From the human T2T-CHM13v2.0 reference genome, Homo sapiens, in assembly GCF_009914755.1 (NCBI RefSeq), contig NC_060933.1: a stretch of DNA of 64,000 bases; one strand, 5' to 3'. The position numbers were made by a program, and so were the translations under genes. Shown piece after piece: positions 43,240 through 57,530 of this stretch (within the stretch, counting starts at the first letter, position 1; each line of letters starts with the position of its first letter). The notes below the pieces were generated by a model. That model did not search any database and was not told the DNA's origin. It worked only from the letters and a program-made list of their open reading frames with translations.

Positions 43240-45900
43240 GAATCAACCCGAGTGCAATGGAATGGAGAGGAATGGAATGGAATGGAATGGAAACTACACG
43301 AATCGAATGGAATGTAATGGAGTGTAAGGGAATTGAATAGAATGAATCCGAATGGAATGGAATGGAAAGGAATGGAATGGAATGGAATGGAATGGAATGG
43401 AATGGAATGCAATGCCATGGAATCAACCCGAGTGCAATCGAATGGAATCGAATGGAATGGAATGCAATGGAATGGATTCAACTTGAATGGAATGGAAAGA
43501 ATGGAATCAACACGAGTGGAATGGCATGGATTGGAATGGAATGGAATGGAATCAACCCGAGTACAGGGGAATGGAATGGAATGGAATGAAATGGTATGGA
43601 ATCATCCGTAATGTAATGGAAAGGAATGGAATGGAATGGAATGGAATGGAATCAACTCTATTGCAATCGAATGGAATGGAATGGAATTAACCCGAATAGA
43701 ATGGAATGGAATGGAATAGAATGGAATGGAACGGAACGGAACGGAATGGAATGGAATGGAATGGAATGCAATGGAATGCAATGGAATCAACTGATTGCAA
43801 TGGAATGGAATGGAATGGAATGGAATGGAATGGAATGGAATGGAATGGAATTAACCCGAATAGAATGGAATGGAATTAAATGGAACGGAACGGAATGGAA
43901 TGGAATGGAATGGAATGGAATGGAATGGAATGGAATGGAATGCAATCAACCCGACTGCAGGGGAATGGAATGGAATGGAATGCAATGGAATGGATTCAAC
44001 TTGAATGGAATGGAAAGAATGGAATCAACACGAGTAGAATGGCATGGATTGGAATGGAATGGAATGGAATTAACCCGAGTACAAGGGAATGGAATGGAAT
44101 GGAATGCAATGGAATGGAATCATCCGTAATGGAATGGAAAGGAATGGAATGGAATGGAATGGAATGGAATGGAATGGAATCAACTCGATTGCAATCGAAT
44201 GGAATGGAATGGAATTAACGCAAATAGAATGGAATGGAATGGAATGGAACGGAACGGAATGGAATGGAATGGAATGGAATGGAACGGAACGGAACGGAAT
44301 GGAATGGAAAGGAATGGAATGGAAAGGAATCAACGCGAGTGCAGGGGAATGGAATGGAATGGAATGCAATGGAATGGAATCTTCCGGAATGGAATGGAAT
44401 GGAATGGAATGGAATGGAATCAACCCGAGTGCAATGGAATGGAGTGGAATGGAATGGAATGGAATGGAGCAACCCGAATGGAATGGAATGTAATGGAGAG
44501 TAAGGGAGTTGAATAGAATCAATCCGAATGTAATGGAATGGAATGGAACGGAATGGAATGGAATGGAATGGAATGGAATGGAATGGAATCAACCCTAGTG
44601 CAATGGAATGGAGAGGAATGGAATGGAATGGAATGGAAACTACCCGAATCGAATGGAATGTAATGGAGTGTAAGGGAATTGAATAGAATGAATCCGAATG
44701 GAATGGAATGGAAAGGAATGGAATAGAATGGAATGGAATGGAATGGAATGGAATGCAATGCCATGGAATCAACCCGAGTGCAATCGAATGGAATCGAATG
44801 GAATGGAATGCAATGGAATGGATTCAACTTGAATGGAATGGAAAGAATGGAATCAACACGAGTGGAATGGCATGGAATGGAATGGAATGGAATGGAATCA
44901 ACCCGAGTACAGGGGAATGGAATGGAATGGAATGAAATGGTATGGAATCATCCGTAATGTAATGGAAAGGAATGGAATGGAATGGAATGGAATGGAATCA
45001 ACTCTATTGCAATCGAATGGAATGGAATGGAATTAACCCGAATAGAATGGAATGGAATGGAATAGAATGGAATGGAACGGAACGGAACGGAATGGAATGG
45101 AATGGAATGGAATGCAATGGAATGCAATGGAATCAACTGATTGCAATGGAATGGAATGGAATGGAATGGAATGGAATGGAATGGAATGGAATTAACCCGA
45201 ATAGAATGGAATGGAATTAAATGGAACGGAACGGAATGGAATGGAACGGAATGGAATGGAATGGAATGGAATGGAATCAACCCGACTGCAGGGGAATGGA
45301 ATGGAATGGAATGAAATGGAATGGATTCAACTTGAATGGAATGGAAAGAATGGAATCAACACGAGTAGAATGGCATGGATTGGAATGGAATGGAATGGAA
45401 TCAACCCGAGTACAGGGGAATGGAATGGAATGGAATGCAATGGAATGGAAACATCCGTAATGGAATGGAAAGGAATGGAATGGAATGGAATGGAATGGAA
45501 TGGAATGGAATGGAATGGAATCAACTCGATTGCAATCGAATGGAATGGAATGGAATTAACCCAAATAGAATGGAATGGAATGGAATGGAACGGAACGGAA
45601 CGGAATGGAATGGAATGGAATGGAATGGAATGGAACGGAAAGGAATGGAATGGAACGGAATGGAATGGAATGGAATGGAATGGAATCAACGCGAGTGCAG
45701 GGGAATGGAATAGAATGGAATGCAATGGAATGGAATCTTCCGGAATGGAATGGAATGGAATGGAATGGAATCAACCCGAGTGCAATGGAATGGAGTGGAA
45801 TGGAATGGAATGGAATGGAACAACCCGAATGGAATGGAATGTAATGCAGAGTAAAGGAGTTGAATAGAATCATTCCGAATGTAATGGAATGGAATGGAAC
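43240..45900 (+). repeat. 1346-bp-offset tandem duplication
   Basis: CCATGG at 43415/44761, ACTCTATTGC at 43655/45001 and the 1-bp-deleted CTGATTGC at 43791/45137 all give offset 1346. Confidence 0.87.
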
Positions 45901-47469
45901 GGAATGGAATTGAATGGAATGGAATGGAATGCAATGGAATGGAATCAACCCGAGTGCAATGGAATGGAGAGGAATGGAATGGAATGGAATGGAAACTACC
46001 CGAATGGAATGGAATGTAATGGAGTGTAAGGAATTGAATAGAATCAATCCGAATGTAATGGAATGGAATGGAACGGAATGGAATGGAATGGAATGGAATG
46101 GAATCAACCCGAGTGCAATCGAATGGAATCGAATGGAATGCAATGCAATGGAATGGATTCAACTTGAATGGAATGGAAAGAATGGAATCAACACGAGTGG
46201 AATGGCATGGATTGGAATGGAATGGAATGGAATCAACCCGAGTACAGGGGAATGGAATGGAATGGAATGCAATGGAATGGAATCATCCGTAATGGAATGG
46301 AAAGGAATGGAATGGAATGGAATGGAATGGAATGGAATGGAATGGAATCAACTCGATTGCAATCGAATGGAATGGAATGGAATTAACGCAAATAGAATGG
46401 AATGGAATGGAATGGAACGGAACGGAATGGAATGGAATGGAATGGAATGGAACGGAACGGAACGGAATGGAATGGAAAGGAATGGAATGGAAAGGAATCA
46501 ACGCGAGTGCAGGGGAATGGAATGGAATGGAATGCAATGGAATGGAATCTTCCGGAATGGAATGGAATGGAATGGAATGGAATGGAATCAACCCGAGTGC
46601 AATGGAATGGAGTGGAATGGAATGGAATGGAATGGAACAACCCGAATTGAATGGAATGTAATGGAGAGTAAGGGAGTTGAATAGAATCAATCCGAATGTA
46701 ATGGAATGGAATGGAACGGAATGGAATTGAATGGAATGGAATGGAATGCATGGAATGGAATCAACCCGAGTTCAACGGAATGGAGAGGAATGGAATGGAA
46801 TGGAATGGAAACTACCCGAATGGAATGGAATGTAATGGAGTGTAAGGGAATTGAATAGAATCAATCTGAATGGAATGGAATGGAATGGAATGCAAAGCAA
46901 TGGAATCAACTCGATTGCAGTGGAATGGAAAGGAATGGAAAGGAATACATTGGAATCAACCCGAGTGGAATGGAATGGAAAGGACTGGAATGGAGTGGAA
47001 TGGAACGGAATGGAATGGAATGGAATCAACTCGATTGGAATGGAATGGAATGGAATGGAATGGAATGGGATGGAATGGAATGGAATCAACCCGACTGAAG
47101 GGGAATGGAATGGAATGGAATGCAATGGAATGGATACAACTTGAATGGAATGGAAAGAATGGAATCAACACGAGTGGAATGGCATGGATTGGAATGGAAT
47201 GGAATGGAATGAACCCGAGTACAGGGGAATGGAATGGAATGGAATGCAATGGAATGGAATCATCCGTAATGGAATGGAAAGGAATGGAATGGAATGGAAT
47301 GGAATGGAATGGAATGGAATGGAATGGAATCAACTCGATTGCAATCGATTGGAATGGAATGGAATTAACCCGAATAGAATGGAATGGAATGGAATGGAAC
47401 GGAACGGAACGGAACGGAACGGAATGCAATGGAATGGAATGGAACGGAAAGAACGGAATGGAATGGAAT

Positions 47470-48980
47470 GCAATGGAATGGAATCATCCAGAATGGAATG
47501 GAATGGAATGGAATGGAATGGAATGGAATGGAATCAACTCGATTTCAATGGAATGGAATGGAATAGAATGGAATGGAATTAAAAAGAATAGAATGGAATG
47601 GAATGGAATAGAATGGAACAGAATGGAATGGAATGGAATGGAATGGAATCAACCCAAGTGCAGGGGAATGGAATGGAATGGAATTCCATGGAATGGAATC
47701 ATCCGGAATGGAATGGAATGGAATGGAATGGAATGGAATGGAATGGAATCAACCCGAGTGCAATGGAATGGAGAGGAATGGAATGGAATGGAATGGAAAC
47801 TACCCGAATGGAATGGAATGTAATGGAGTGTAAGGGAATTGAATAGAATGAATCCGAATGGAATGGAATGGAATGGAATGGAATGGAATGGAATGGAATG
47901 CAATGCCATGGAATCAACCCTAGTGCAATCGAATGGAATCGAATGGAATGGAATGCAATGGAATGGATTCAACTTGAATGGAATGGAAAGAATGGAATCA
48001 ACACGAGTGGAATGGCATGGATTGGAATGGAATGGAATGGAATCAACCCGAGTACAGGGGAATGGAATGGAATGGAATGAAATGGAATGGAATCATCCGA
48101 AATGTAATGGAAAGGAATGGAATGGAATGGAATGGAATGGAATGGAATGGAGTGTAATGGAATCAACTCGATTGCAATCGAATGGAATGGAATGGAATGG
48201 AACGGAACGGAATGGAATGGAATGGAATGGAATGGAATGGAATCATCCAGAATGGAATGGAATGGAATGGAATGGAATGGAATGGAATGGAATGGAATCA
48301 ACTCGATTTCAATGGAATGGAATGGAATAGAATGGAATGGAATTAACAAGAATAGAATGGAATGGAATGGAATAGAATGGAACAGAAAGGAATGGAATGG
48401 AATGGAATGGAATCAACCCAAGTGCAGGGGAATGGAATGGAATGGAATTCCATGGAATGGAATCATCCGGAATGGAATGGAATGGAATGGAATGGAATGG
48501 AATGGAATGGAATGGAATCAACCCGAGTGCAATGGAATGGAGAGGAATGGAATGGAATGGAATGGAAACTACCCGAATGGAATGGAATGTAATGGAGTGT
48601 AAGGGAATTGAATAGAATCAATCCGAATGGAATGGAATGGAATGGAATGGAATGGAATGGAATGGAATGGAATGCAATGCCATGGAATCAACCCGAGTGC
48701 AATCGAATGGAATCGAATGGAATGGAATGCAATGGAATGGATTCAACTTGAATGGAATGGAAAGAATGGAATCAACACGAGTGTAATGGCATGGATTGGA
48801 ATGGAATGGAATGGAATCAACCCGAGTACAGGGGAATGGAATGGAATGGAATGAAATGGAATGGATTCATCCGAAATGTAATGGAAAGGAATGGAATGGA
48901 ATGGAATGGAATGGAGTGTAATGGAATCAACTCGATTGCAATCGAATGGAATGGAATGGAATGGAACGGAACGGAAGGGA
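47470..48980 (+). repeat. ~0.77-kb tandem duplication
   Basis: TCATCCAG at 47484/48243, GAATTCCATGG at 47681/48445, CCATGG at 47906/48680 and CCGAAATGTAA at 48097/48871; offsets are 759-774. Confidence 0.85.
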
Positions 48981-51900
48981 ATGGAATGGAATGGAATGGA
49001 ATGGAATGGACGGATCGGAATGGAATGGAATGGAATGGAATGGAATGGAATGGAATGGAATGGAATCAACGCGAGTGTAGGGGAATGGAAAGGAATGGAA
49101 TGCAATGGAATGGAATCTTCCGGAATGGAATGGAATGGAATGGAATGGAATGGAATGGAATGGAAAGGAATCAACCCGAGTACAGGGGAATGGAATGGAA
49201 TGTAATGCAATGGAATGGAATCATCCGTAATGGAATGGAAATGAATGGAATGGAAGGGAATGGAATGGAATGCAATCAACTCGATTGCAATCGAATGGAA
49301 TGGAATGGAATTAACCCGAATAGAATGGAATGGAATAGAACGGAACGGAACGGAAAGGAATGGAATGGAATGGAATGGAACGGAATGGAAGGGAATGGAA
49401 TGGAATAGAATGGAATGGAATGGAATGGAATCAACGCGAGTGCAGGGGAATGGAATGGAATGGAATGCAATGGAATGGAATCCTCTGGAATGGAATGGAA
49501 TGGAATGGAATGGAATGCAATGGATTCAACTCGATTGCAATAGAATGGAATAGAATGGAATGGAATGGAATGGAATGGAATTAACCCGAATAGATTGGAA
49601 TGGAATGGAATGGAACGGAACGGAACGGAACGGAACGGAATGGAATGGAATGGAATGGAATGGAATGGAATGGAATTGTATGGAATGGAATGGAATGGTA
49701 TGGAATAGAATGGAATGGAAAGAATTGGAATGGAATGGAATCGAATGGAATGGAATGGAATGGAACGGAACGGAACGGAACGGAACGGAATGGAATGGAA
49801 TGGAACGGAAAGGAATGGAATGGAATGGAATGGAATGGAATGGAATGGAATGGAATCGAATGGAATCAACGCGAGTGCAGGGGAATGGAATGGAATGCAA
49901 TGCAATGGAATGGAATCTTCCGGAATGGAATGGAATGGAATGGAATGGAATGGAATGGAATGGAATGCAATGGATTCAACTCGATTGCAATGGAATGGAA
50001 TAGAATGGAATGGAATGGAATGGAATGGAATTAACCCGAATAGAATGGAATGGAATGGAATGGAACGGAACGGAACGCAACGGAATGGAATGGAATGGAA
50101 TGGAATGGAATGGAATGGAATGGAATGGAATTGTATGGAATGGAATGGAATGGTACGGAATAGAATGGAATGGAATGGAATGGAATGGAATGGAATGGAA
50201 TGGAATGGAATCAACCCGAGTGCAGGGGAATGTAATGGAACGGAATGCAATGGAATGGAATCATCCGGAATGGAATGGAATGGAATGGAATGGAATGGAA
50301 TGGAATGGAATCAACCCGAGTGCAATGGAATGGAGTGGAATGGAATGGAATGGAATGGAACAACCCGAATGGAATGTAATGTAATGGAGAGTAAGGGAGT
50401 TGAATAGGATCAATCCGAAAGTAATGGAATGGAAAGGTATGGAATGGAATGGAATGGAATGGAATGGAATGCAATGGAATGGAATCAACCCGAGTACAAT
50501 GGAATGGAATGGAATGGAATGGAATGGAATATAATGGAATGGAATGGAATGGAATTAACCCGAGTGCAATGGAATGGAGAGGAATGGAATGGAATGGAAT
50601 GGAAACTACCCGAATGGAATTGAATGTAATGGAGTGTAAGGGAATTTAATAGAATCAATCCGAATGGAATGGAATGGAATGGAACGGAATGTAATGGAAT
50701 GGAATGGAATGGAATGGAATCAACCCGAGTGGAGGGGAATGGAATGGAATGGAATGCAATGGAATGGAATCATCCGGAATGGAATGGAATGGAATGGAAT
50801 GGAATGGAATGGAATCAACCCGAGTGCAATGGAATGGAGAAGAATGGAATGGAATGGAATGGAAACTACCCGATTGGAATGTAATGTAATGGAGTGTAAG
50901 GGAATTGAATAGAATGAATCCGAATGGAATGGAATGGAATGGAACGGAATGGAACGGAATGCAATGGAATGGAATGGAATGGAATGGAATGGAATGGAAT
51001 GGTATGGAATGGAATGGAATGGTACCGAATAGAATGGAAAGGAAAGAATTGGAATGGAATGGAATCGAATGGAATGGAATGGAATGGAATGGAATCAACC
51101 CGAGTGCAGGGGAATGTAATGGAACGGAATGCAATGGAATGGAATCATCCGGAATGGAATGGAAAGGAATGGAATGGAATGGAATGGAATGGAATAGAAT
51201 GGAATCAACTCGATTGCAATCGAATGGAATGGAATGGAATTAACCCGAATAGAATGGAATGGAATGGAATGGAACGGAACGGAATTGAATGGAATGGAAT
51301 GGAATGGAACAGAAAGGAATGGAATGGAATGGAATGGAATGGAATGGAATGGAATCAACGCGAGTGCAGGGGAATGGAATGGAATGGAATGGAATGGAAT
51401 GGAATGGAATGGAATGGAATGGAATCAACCCGAGTGCAATGGAATGGAGTGGAATGGAATGGAATGGAATGGAACAACCCGAATGGAATGGAATGTAATG
51501 GAGAGTAAGGGAGATGAAAAGAATCAATCCGAATGTAATGGAATGGAATGGAACGAAATAGAATGGAATGGAATGGAATGGAATGGAATGGAATGGAATG
51601 GAATGCAATGGAATGGAATGAACCCGAGTGCAATCGAATGGAATCGAATGGAATGGAATGCAATGGAATGGATTCAACTTGAATGGAATGGAAAGAATGG
51701 AATCAACACGAGTGGAATGGCATGGATTGGAATGGAATGGAATGGAATCAACCCGAGTACAGGGGAATGGAATGGAATGGAATGCAATGGAATGGAATCA
51801 TCCGTAATGGAATGGAAAGGAATGGAATGGAATGGAATGGAATGGAATGGAATGGAATCAAATCGATTGCAATCGAATGGAATGGAATGGAATTAACCCG

Positions 51901-54900
51901 AATAGAATGGAATGGAATGGAATGGAATGGAACGGAGTGGAACGGAACGGAACGGCATGGAATGGAATGGAATGGAATGGAATGGAATGGAATGGAATGG
52001 AACGGAAAGGAATGGAATGGAATGGAATGGAATGGAATGGAATCAACGCGAGTTCAGGGGAATGGAATGTAATGGAATGTAATGGAATGGAATCTTCCGG
52101 AATGGAATGGAATGGAATGGAATCAACTCGATTGCAATGGAATGGAATGGAACGGAATGGAATTGAATGGAATGGAATGGAATGCAATGGAATGGAATCA
52201 ACCCGAGTGCAATGGAATGGAGAGGAATGGAATGGAATGGAGTGGAAACTACCCGAATGGAATGGAATGTAATGGAGTGTAAGGGAATTGAATAGAATCA
52301 ATCCGAATGTAATGGAATGGAATGGAACGGAATGGAATGGAATGGAATGGAATGGAATGGAATGGAATCAACACGAGTGCAATCGAATGGAATCGAATGT
52401 AATTGAATGCAATGGAATGGATTCAACTTGAATGGAATGGAAAGAATGGAATCAACACGAGTGGAATGGCATGGATTGGAATGGAATGGAATGGAATCAA
52501 CCCCAGTACAGGGGAATGGAATGGAATGGAATGCAATGGAATGGAATCATCCGTAATGGAACGGAAAGTAATGGAATGGAATGGAATGGAATGGAATGAA
52601 CTCGATTGCAATCGAATGGAATGGAATGGAATTAACCCGAATAGAATGGAATGGAATGGAATGGAATGGAACGGAATGGAATGGAATGGAATGGAATGGA
52701 ATGGAACGGAACGGAACGGAATGGAATGGAATGGAATGGAATGGAATGGAATGGAATCAACGCGAGTGCAGGGGAATGGAATGGAATGAAATGCAATGGA
52801 ATGGAATCTTCCGGAATGGAATGGAATGGAATGGAATGAAATGCAATGGATTCAAATCGATTGCAATGGAATGGAATAGAATGGAATGGAATGGAATTAA
52901 CCCGAATAGAATGGAATGGAATGCAATGGAACGAAATGGAACGGAATGGAATGGAATGGAATGGAATGAAATGGTATGGAATGCAATGGAATGGTACGGA
53001 ATAGAATGGAATGGAACGAATTGTAATGGAATGGAATTGAATGGAATGGAATGGAATCAACGCGAGTGCAGGGGAATGTAATGGAACGGAATGCAATGGA
53101 ATGGAATCATCCGGAATGGAATGGAATGGAATGGAATGGAATGGAATGGAATGGAATCAACCCGAGTGCAATGGAATGAAGTGGAATGGAATCGAATGGA
53201 ATGGAACAACCCGAATGGAATGGAATGTAATGGAGAGTAAGGGAGTTGAATAGAATCAATCTGAATGTAATGCAATGGAATGCAACGGAATGGAATGGAA
53301 TGGAATGGAATGGAATGCAATGGAATGGGATCAACCCGAGTACAATGGAATGGAATGGAATGGAATGGAATGGAATGGAATGCCTTCAAACCGAATGGAA
53401 TGGAAAGGAATGGAATGAAAACGAGTGGAATGGAATGGAATGGAATGGAATGGAATGATACGGAATAGAATGGAATGGAACGAAATGGAATGGAATGGAA
53501 TGGAATGGAATGGAATGGAATCGTTCCGAGTGGAATAGGAAGGAATGTATTCGAGTGGAATGGAAAGGAATGGAATCAACCAGAGTGGAATGGAAGGGAA
53601 TGGAATGGAATGGAAACTAATAGAATGGAATCAACCCGAGTGGAATGGAATGGAAAGGACTGGAATGGAATGGAATGGAATGGAATGGAATGGAATCAAC
53701 TCGATTGTAATGGAATGGAATGGAATGGAATGGAATGGAATGGAATGGAATTAACCTGAATACAATGGAATGGAATGGAATGGAACGGAATGGAGTGGAA
53801 TGGAATGGAATCAACCCGAGTGCAGGGGAATGGAATGGAATGGAATGCAATGCAATGGAATCATCCGGAATGGAATGGAATGGAATGGAATGCAAAGCAA
53901 TGGAATCAACTCGATTGCAATGGAATGGAATGGAATGGAAAGGAATACATTGGAATCAACCCGAGTGGAATGGAATGGAAAGGACTGGAATGGAGTGGAA
54001 TGGAATGGAATGGAATCAACTCGATTGGAATGGAATGGAATGGAATGGAATGGAATGGAATGGAATGGAATTAATCCGAATAGAATGGAATGGAATGGAA
54101 TGGAACGGAACGGAACGGAACGGAATGGAATGGAATGGAATGGAATGGAATGGAATGGAATCAACCTGACTGCAGGGGAATGGAATGGAATGGACTGCAA
54201 TGGAATGGAATCTTCCGGAATGGAATGGAATGGAATGGAATGAAATGAAATGCAATGGATGCAACTCGATTGCAATGGAATGGAATAGAATGGAATGGAA
54301 TGGAATGGAATGGGATTAACCCGAATAGAATGGAATGGAATGGAATGGAACGGAATGGAACGGAATGGAATGGAATGGAATGGAATGGATTGGAATGGAA
54401 TGGTATGGAATGGAATGGAATGGTACGGAATAGAATGGAATGGAACGAATTGTAATGGAATGGAATTGAATGGAATGGAATGGAATGGAATGGAATCAAC
54501 GCGAGTGCAGGGGAATGTAATGGAACGGAATGCAATGGAATGGAATCATCCGGAATGGAATGGAATGGAATGGAATGGAATGGAATCAACCCGAGTGCAA
54601 TGGAATGAAGTGGAATGGAATGGAATGGAATGGAACAACCCGAATGGAATGGAATGTAATGGAGAGTAAGGGAGTTGAATAGAATCAATCCGAATGTAAT
54701 GGAATGGAATGCAACGGAATGGAATGGAATGGAATGGAATGGAATGGAATGGAATGCAAAGGAATGGAATCAACCCGAGTGGAATGGCATGGAATGGAAT
54801 GCAATGGATTGGAATGGAATGGAATCAACTCGAGTGGAAAGGAATGGAATGGAATGGAAAGGAATGGAATGAAGTCAACTCGAGTTGAATGGAATGGAAT

Positions 54901-55959
54901 GGAATGGATTGGAATGGATTGCAATGGAATGCAATGGAATGGAATGGAATGGAATCAATCATGGAAGGGAATGTAATGGAGGGGAAAGAAGGGAATGGAA
55001 TCAACCCGAGTGGAATGCAATGCAATGGAATGGCATGGAAAGGAATGGAATGGAATCACCTCGATTGCAATGGAATGGAATGGAATGGAATGGAATGGAA
55101 TGGAATGGAATTAACCGGAATAGAATGGAATGGAATGGAATGGAGCGGAATGGAATGGAATGGAAGGGAATGGAATCAACACGAGTGCAGGGGAATGGAA
55201 TTGAATGGAATGCAATGGAATGGAATCATCCGGAATGGAATGGAATGGAATGGAATGGAATCAACTCCATTGCAATGGAATGGAATGGAATGGAATGGAA
55301 TAGAATGGAATGGAATTAACCCGAATAGAATGGAATACAATAGAATGGAATGCAACGGAACCGAATGGAGTGGAATGGAATGGAATGGAATCAACCCGAG
55401 TACAGGGGAATGGAATGGAATGGAATGCAATGGAATGGAGTCATACGTAATGGAATGGAAAGGAATGGAATGGAATGGAATGGAATGGAATGGAATGGAA
55501 TGAAATGGAATCAACTCGATGGCAATCGAATGGAATGGAATGGAATTAACCCGAATAGAATGAAATGGAATGGAATGGAACGGAACGGAATGGAATGCAA
55601 TGGAATGGAATGGAATGGAATGGAACGGAACGGAATGGAATGGAATGGAATAGAATGGAATCAACGCGAGTGCAGGGGAATGGAATGGAATGGAATGCAA
55701 TGGAATGGAATCTTCCGGAATGGAATGGAATGGAATGGAATGAAAGGCAATGGATTCAACTCGATTGCAATGCAATGGAAAAGAATGGAAGGGAATGGAA
55801 TGGAATGGAATGGAATGGAATGGAATGGAATGCCTTCAAACCGAATGGAATGGAAAGGAATGGAATCAACACGAGTGGAAAGGAATGGAATGGAAAGGAA
55901 TGGAATGGAATGGAATGGTACGGAATAGAATGGAATGGAACGAACTGGAATGGAATGGA

Positions 55960-57530
55960 ATGGAATGGAATGGAATGGAATGGAATGGAATGGAATCGTT
56001 CCGAGTGGAATAGGAGGGAATGTATTCGAGTGGAATGGAAAGGAATGGAATCAACCAGAGTGGAATGGAAGGGAATGGAATGGAATGGAAACTAATAGAA
56101 TGGAATCAACCCGAGTGTAATGGAATGGAAAGGACTGGAATGGAATGGAATGGAATGGAATGGAATGGAATGGAATCAACTCGATTGTAATGGAATGGAA
56201 TGGAATGGAATGGAATGGAATGGAATGGAATGGAATTAACCCGAATACAATGGAATGGAATGGAATGGAACGGAATGGAGTGGAATGGAATGGAATCAAC
56301 CCGAGTGCAGGGGAATGGAATGGAATGGAATGCAATGGAATGGAATCATCCGGAATCGAATGGAATGGAATGGAATGCAAAGCAATGGAATCAACTCGAT
56401 TGCAATGGAATGGAATGGAATGGAAAGGAATAGAATGGAATCAACCCGAGTGTAATGGAATGGAAAGGACTGGAACGGAGTGGAATGGAATGGAATGGAA
56501 TGGAATGGAATCAACTCGATTGGAATGGAATGGAATGAAATGGAATGGAATGGAATTAACCCGAATAGAATGGAATGGAATGGAATGGAACGGAATGGAA
56601 TGGAATGGAATGGAATGGAATGGAATCATCCCGACTGCAGGGGAATGGAATGGAATGGAATGGAATGGAATGGAATCATCCAGAACGGAATGGAATGGAA
56701 TGCAATGGAATCAACTCGATTGCAATGGAATGGAATGGAATGGAATGGAATGGAATGGAATGGAATGGAATCGTTCCGAGTGGAATAGGAGGGAATGTAT
56801 TCGAGTGGAATGGAAAGGAATGGAATCAACCAGAGTGGAATGGAAGGGAATGGAATGGAATGGAACCTAATAGAATGGAATCAACCCGAGTGGAATGGAA
56901 TGGAAAGGACTGGAATGGAATGGAATGGAATGGAATCAACTCGATTGTAATGGAATGGAATGGAATGGAATGGAATGGAATGGAATGGAATGGAATTAAC
57001 CCGAATACAATGGAATGGAATGGAATGGAACGGAATGGAGTGGAATGGAATGGAATCAACCCGAGTGCAGGGGAATGGAATGGAATGGAATGCAATGGAA
57101 TGGAATCATCCGGAATGGAATGGAATGGAATGGAATGCAAAGCAATGGAATCAACTCGATTGCAATGGAATGGAATGGAATGGAAAGGAATAGAATGGAA
57201 TCAACCCGAGTGTAATGGAATGGAAAGTTCTGGAATGGAGTGGAATGGAATGGAATGGAATGGAATGGAATCAACTCGATTGGAATGGAATCTAATGGAA
57301 TGGAATGGAATGGAATGGAATGGAATTAACCCGAATAGAATGGAATGGAATGGAATGGAACGGAATGGAATGGAATGGAATGGAATGGAATGGAATGGAA
57401 TGGAATCAACCCGACTGCAGGGGAATGGAATGGAATGGAATGGAATGGAATGGAATCATCCGGAACGGAATGGAATGGAATGGAATGGAATCAACTCGAT
57501 TGCAATGGAATGGAATGGAATGGAATGGAA
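55960..57530 (+). repeat. ~0.76-0.78-kb tandem duplication
   Basis: TCGTTCC cassette at 55996/56771; AGGAATAGAATGGAATCAACCCGAGTGTAATGG at ~56426/57186. Confidence 0.82.
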
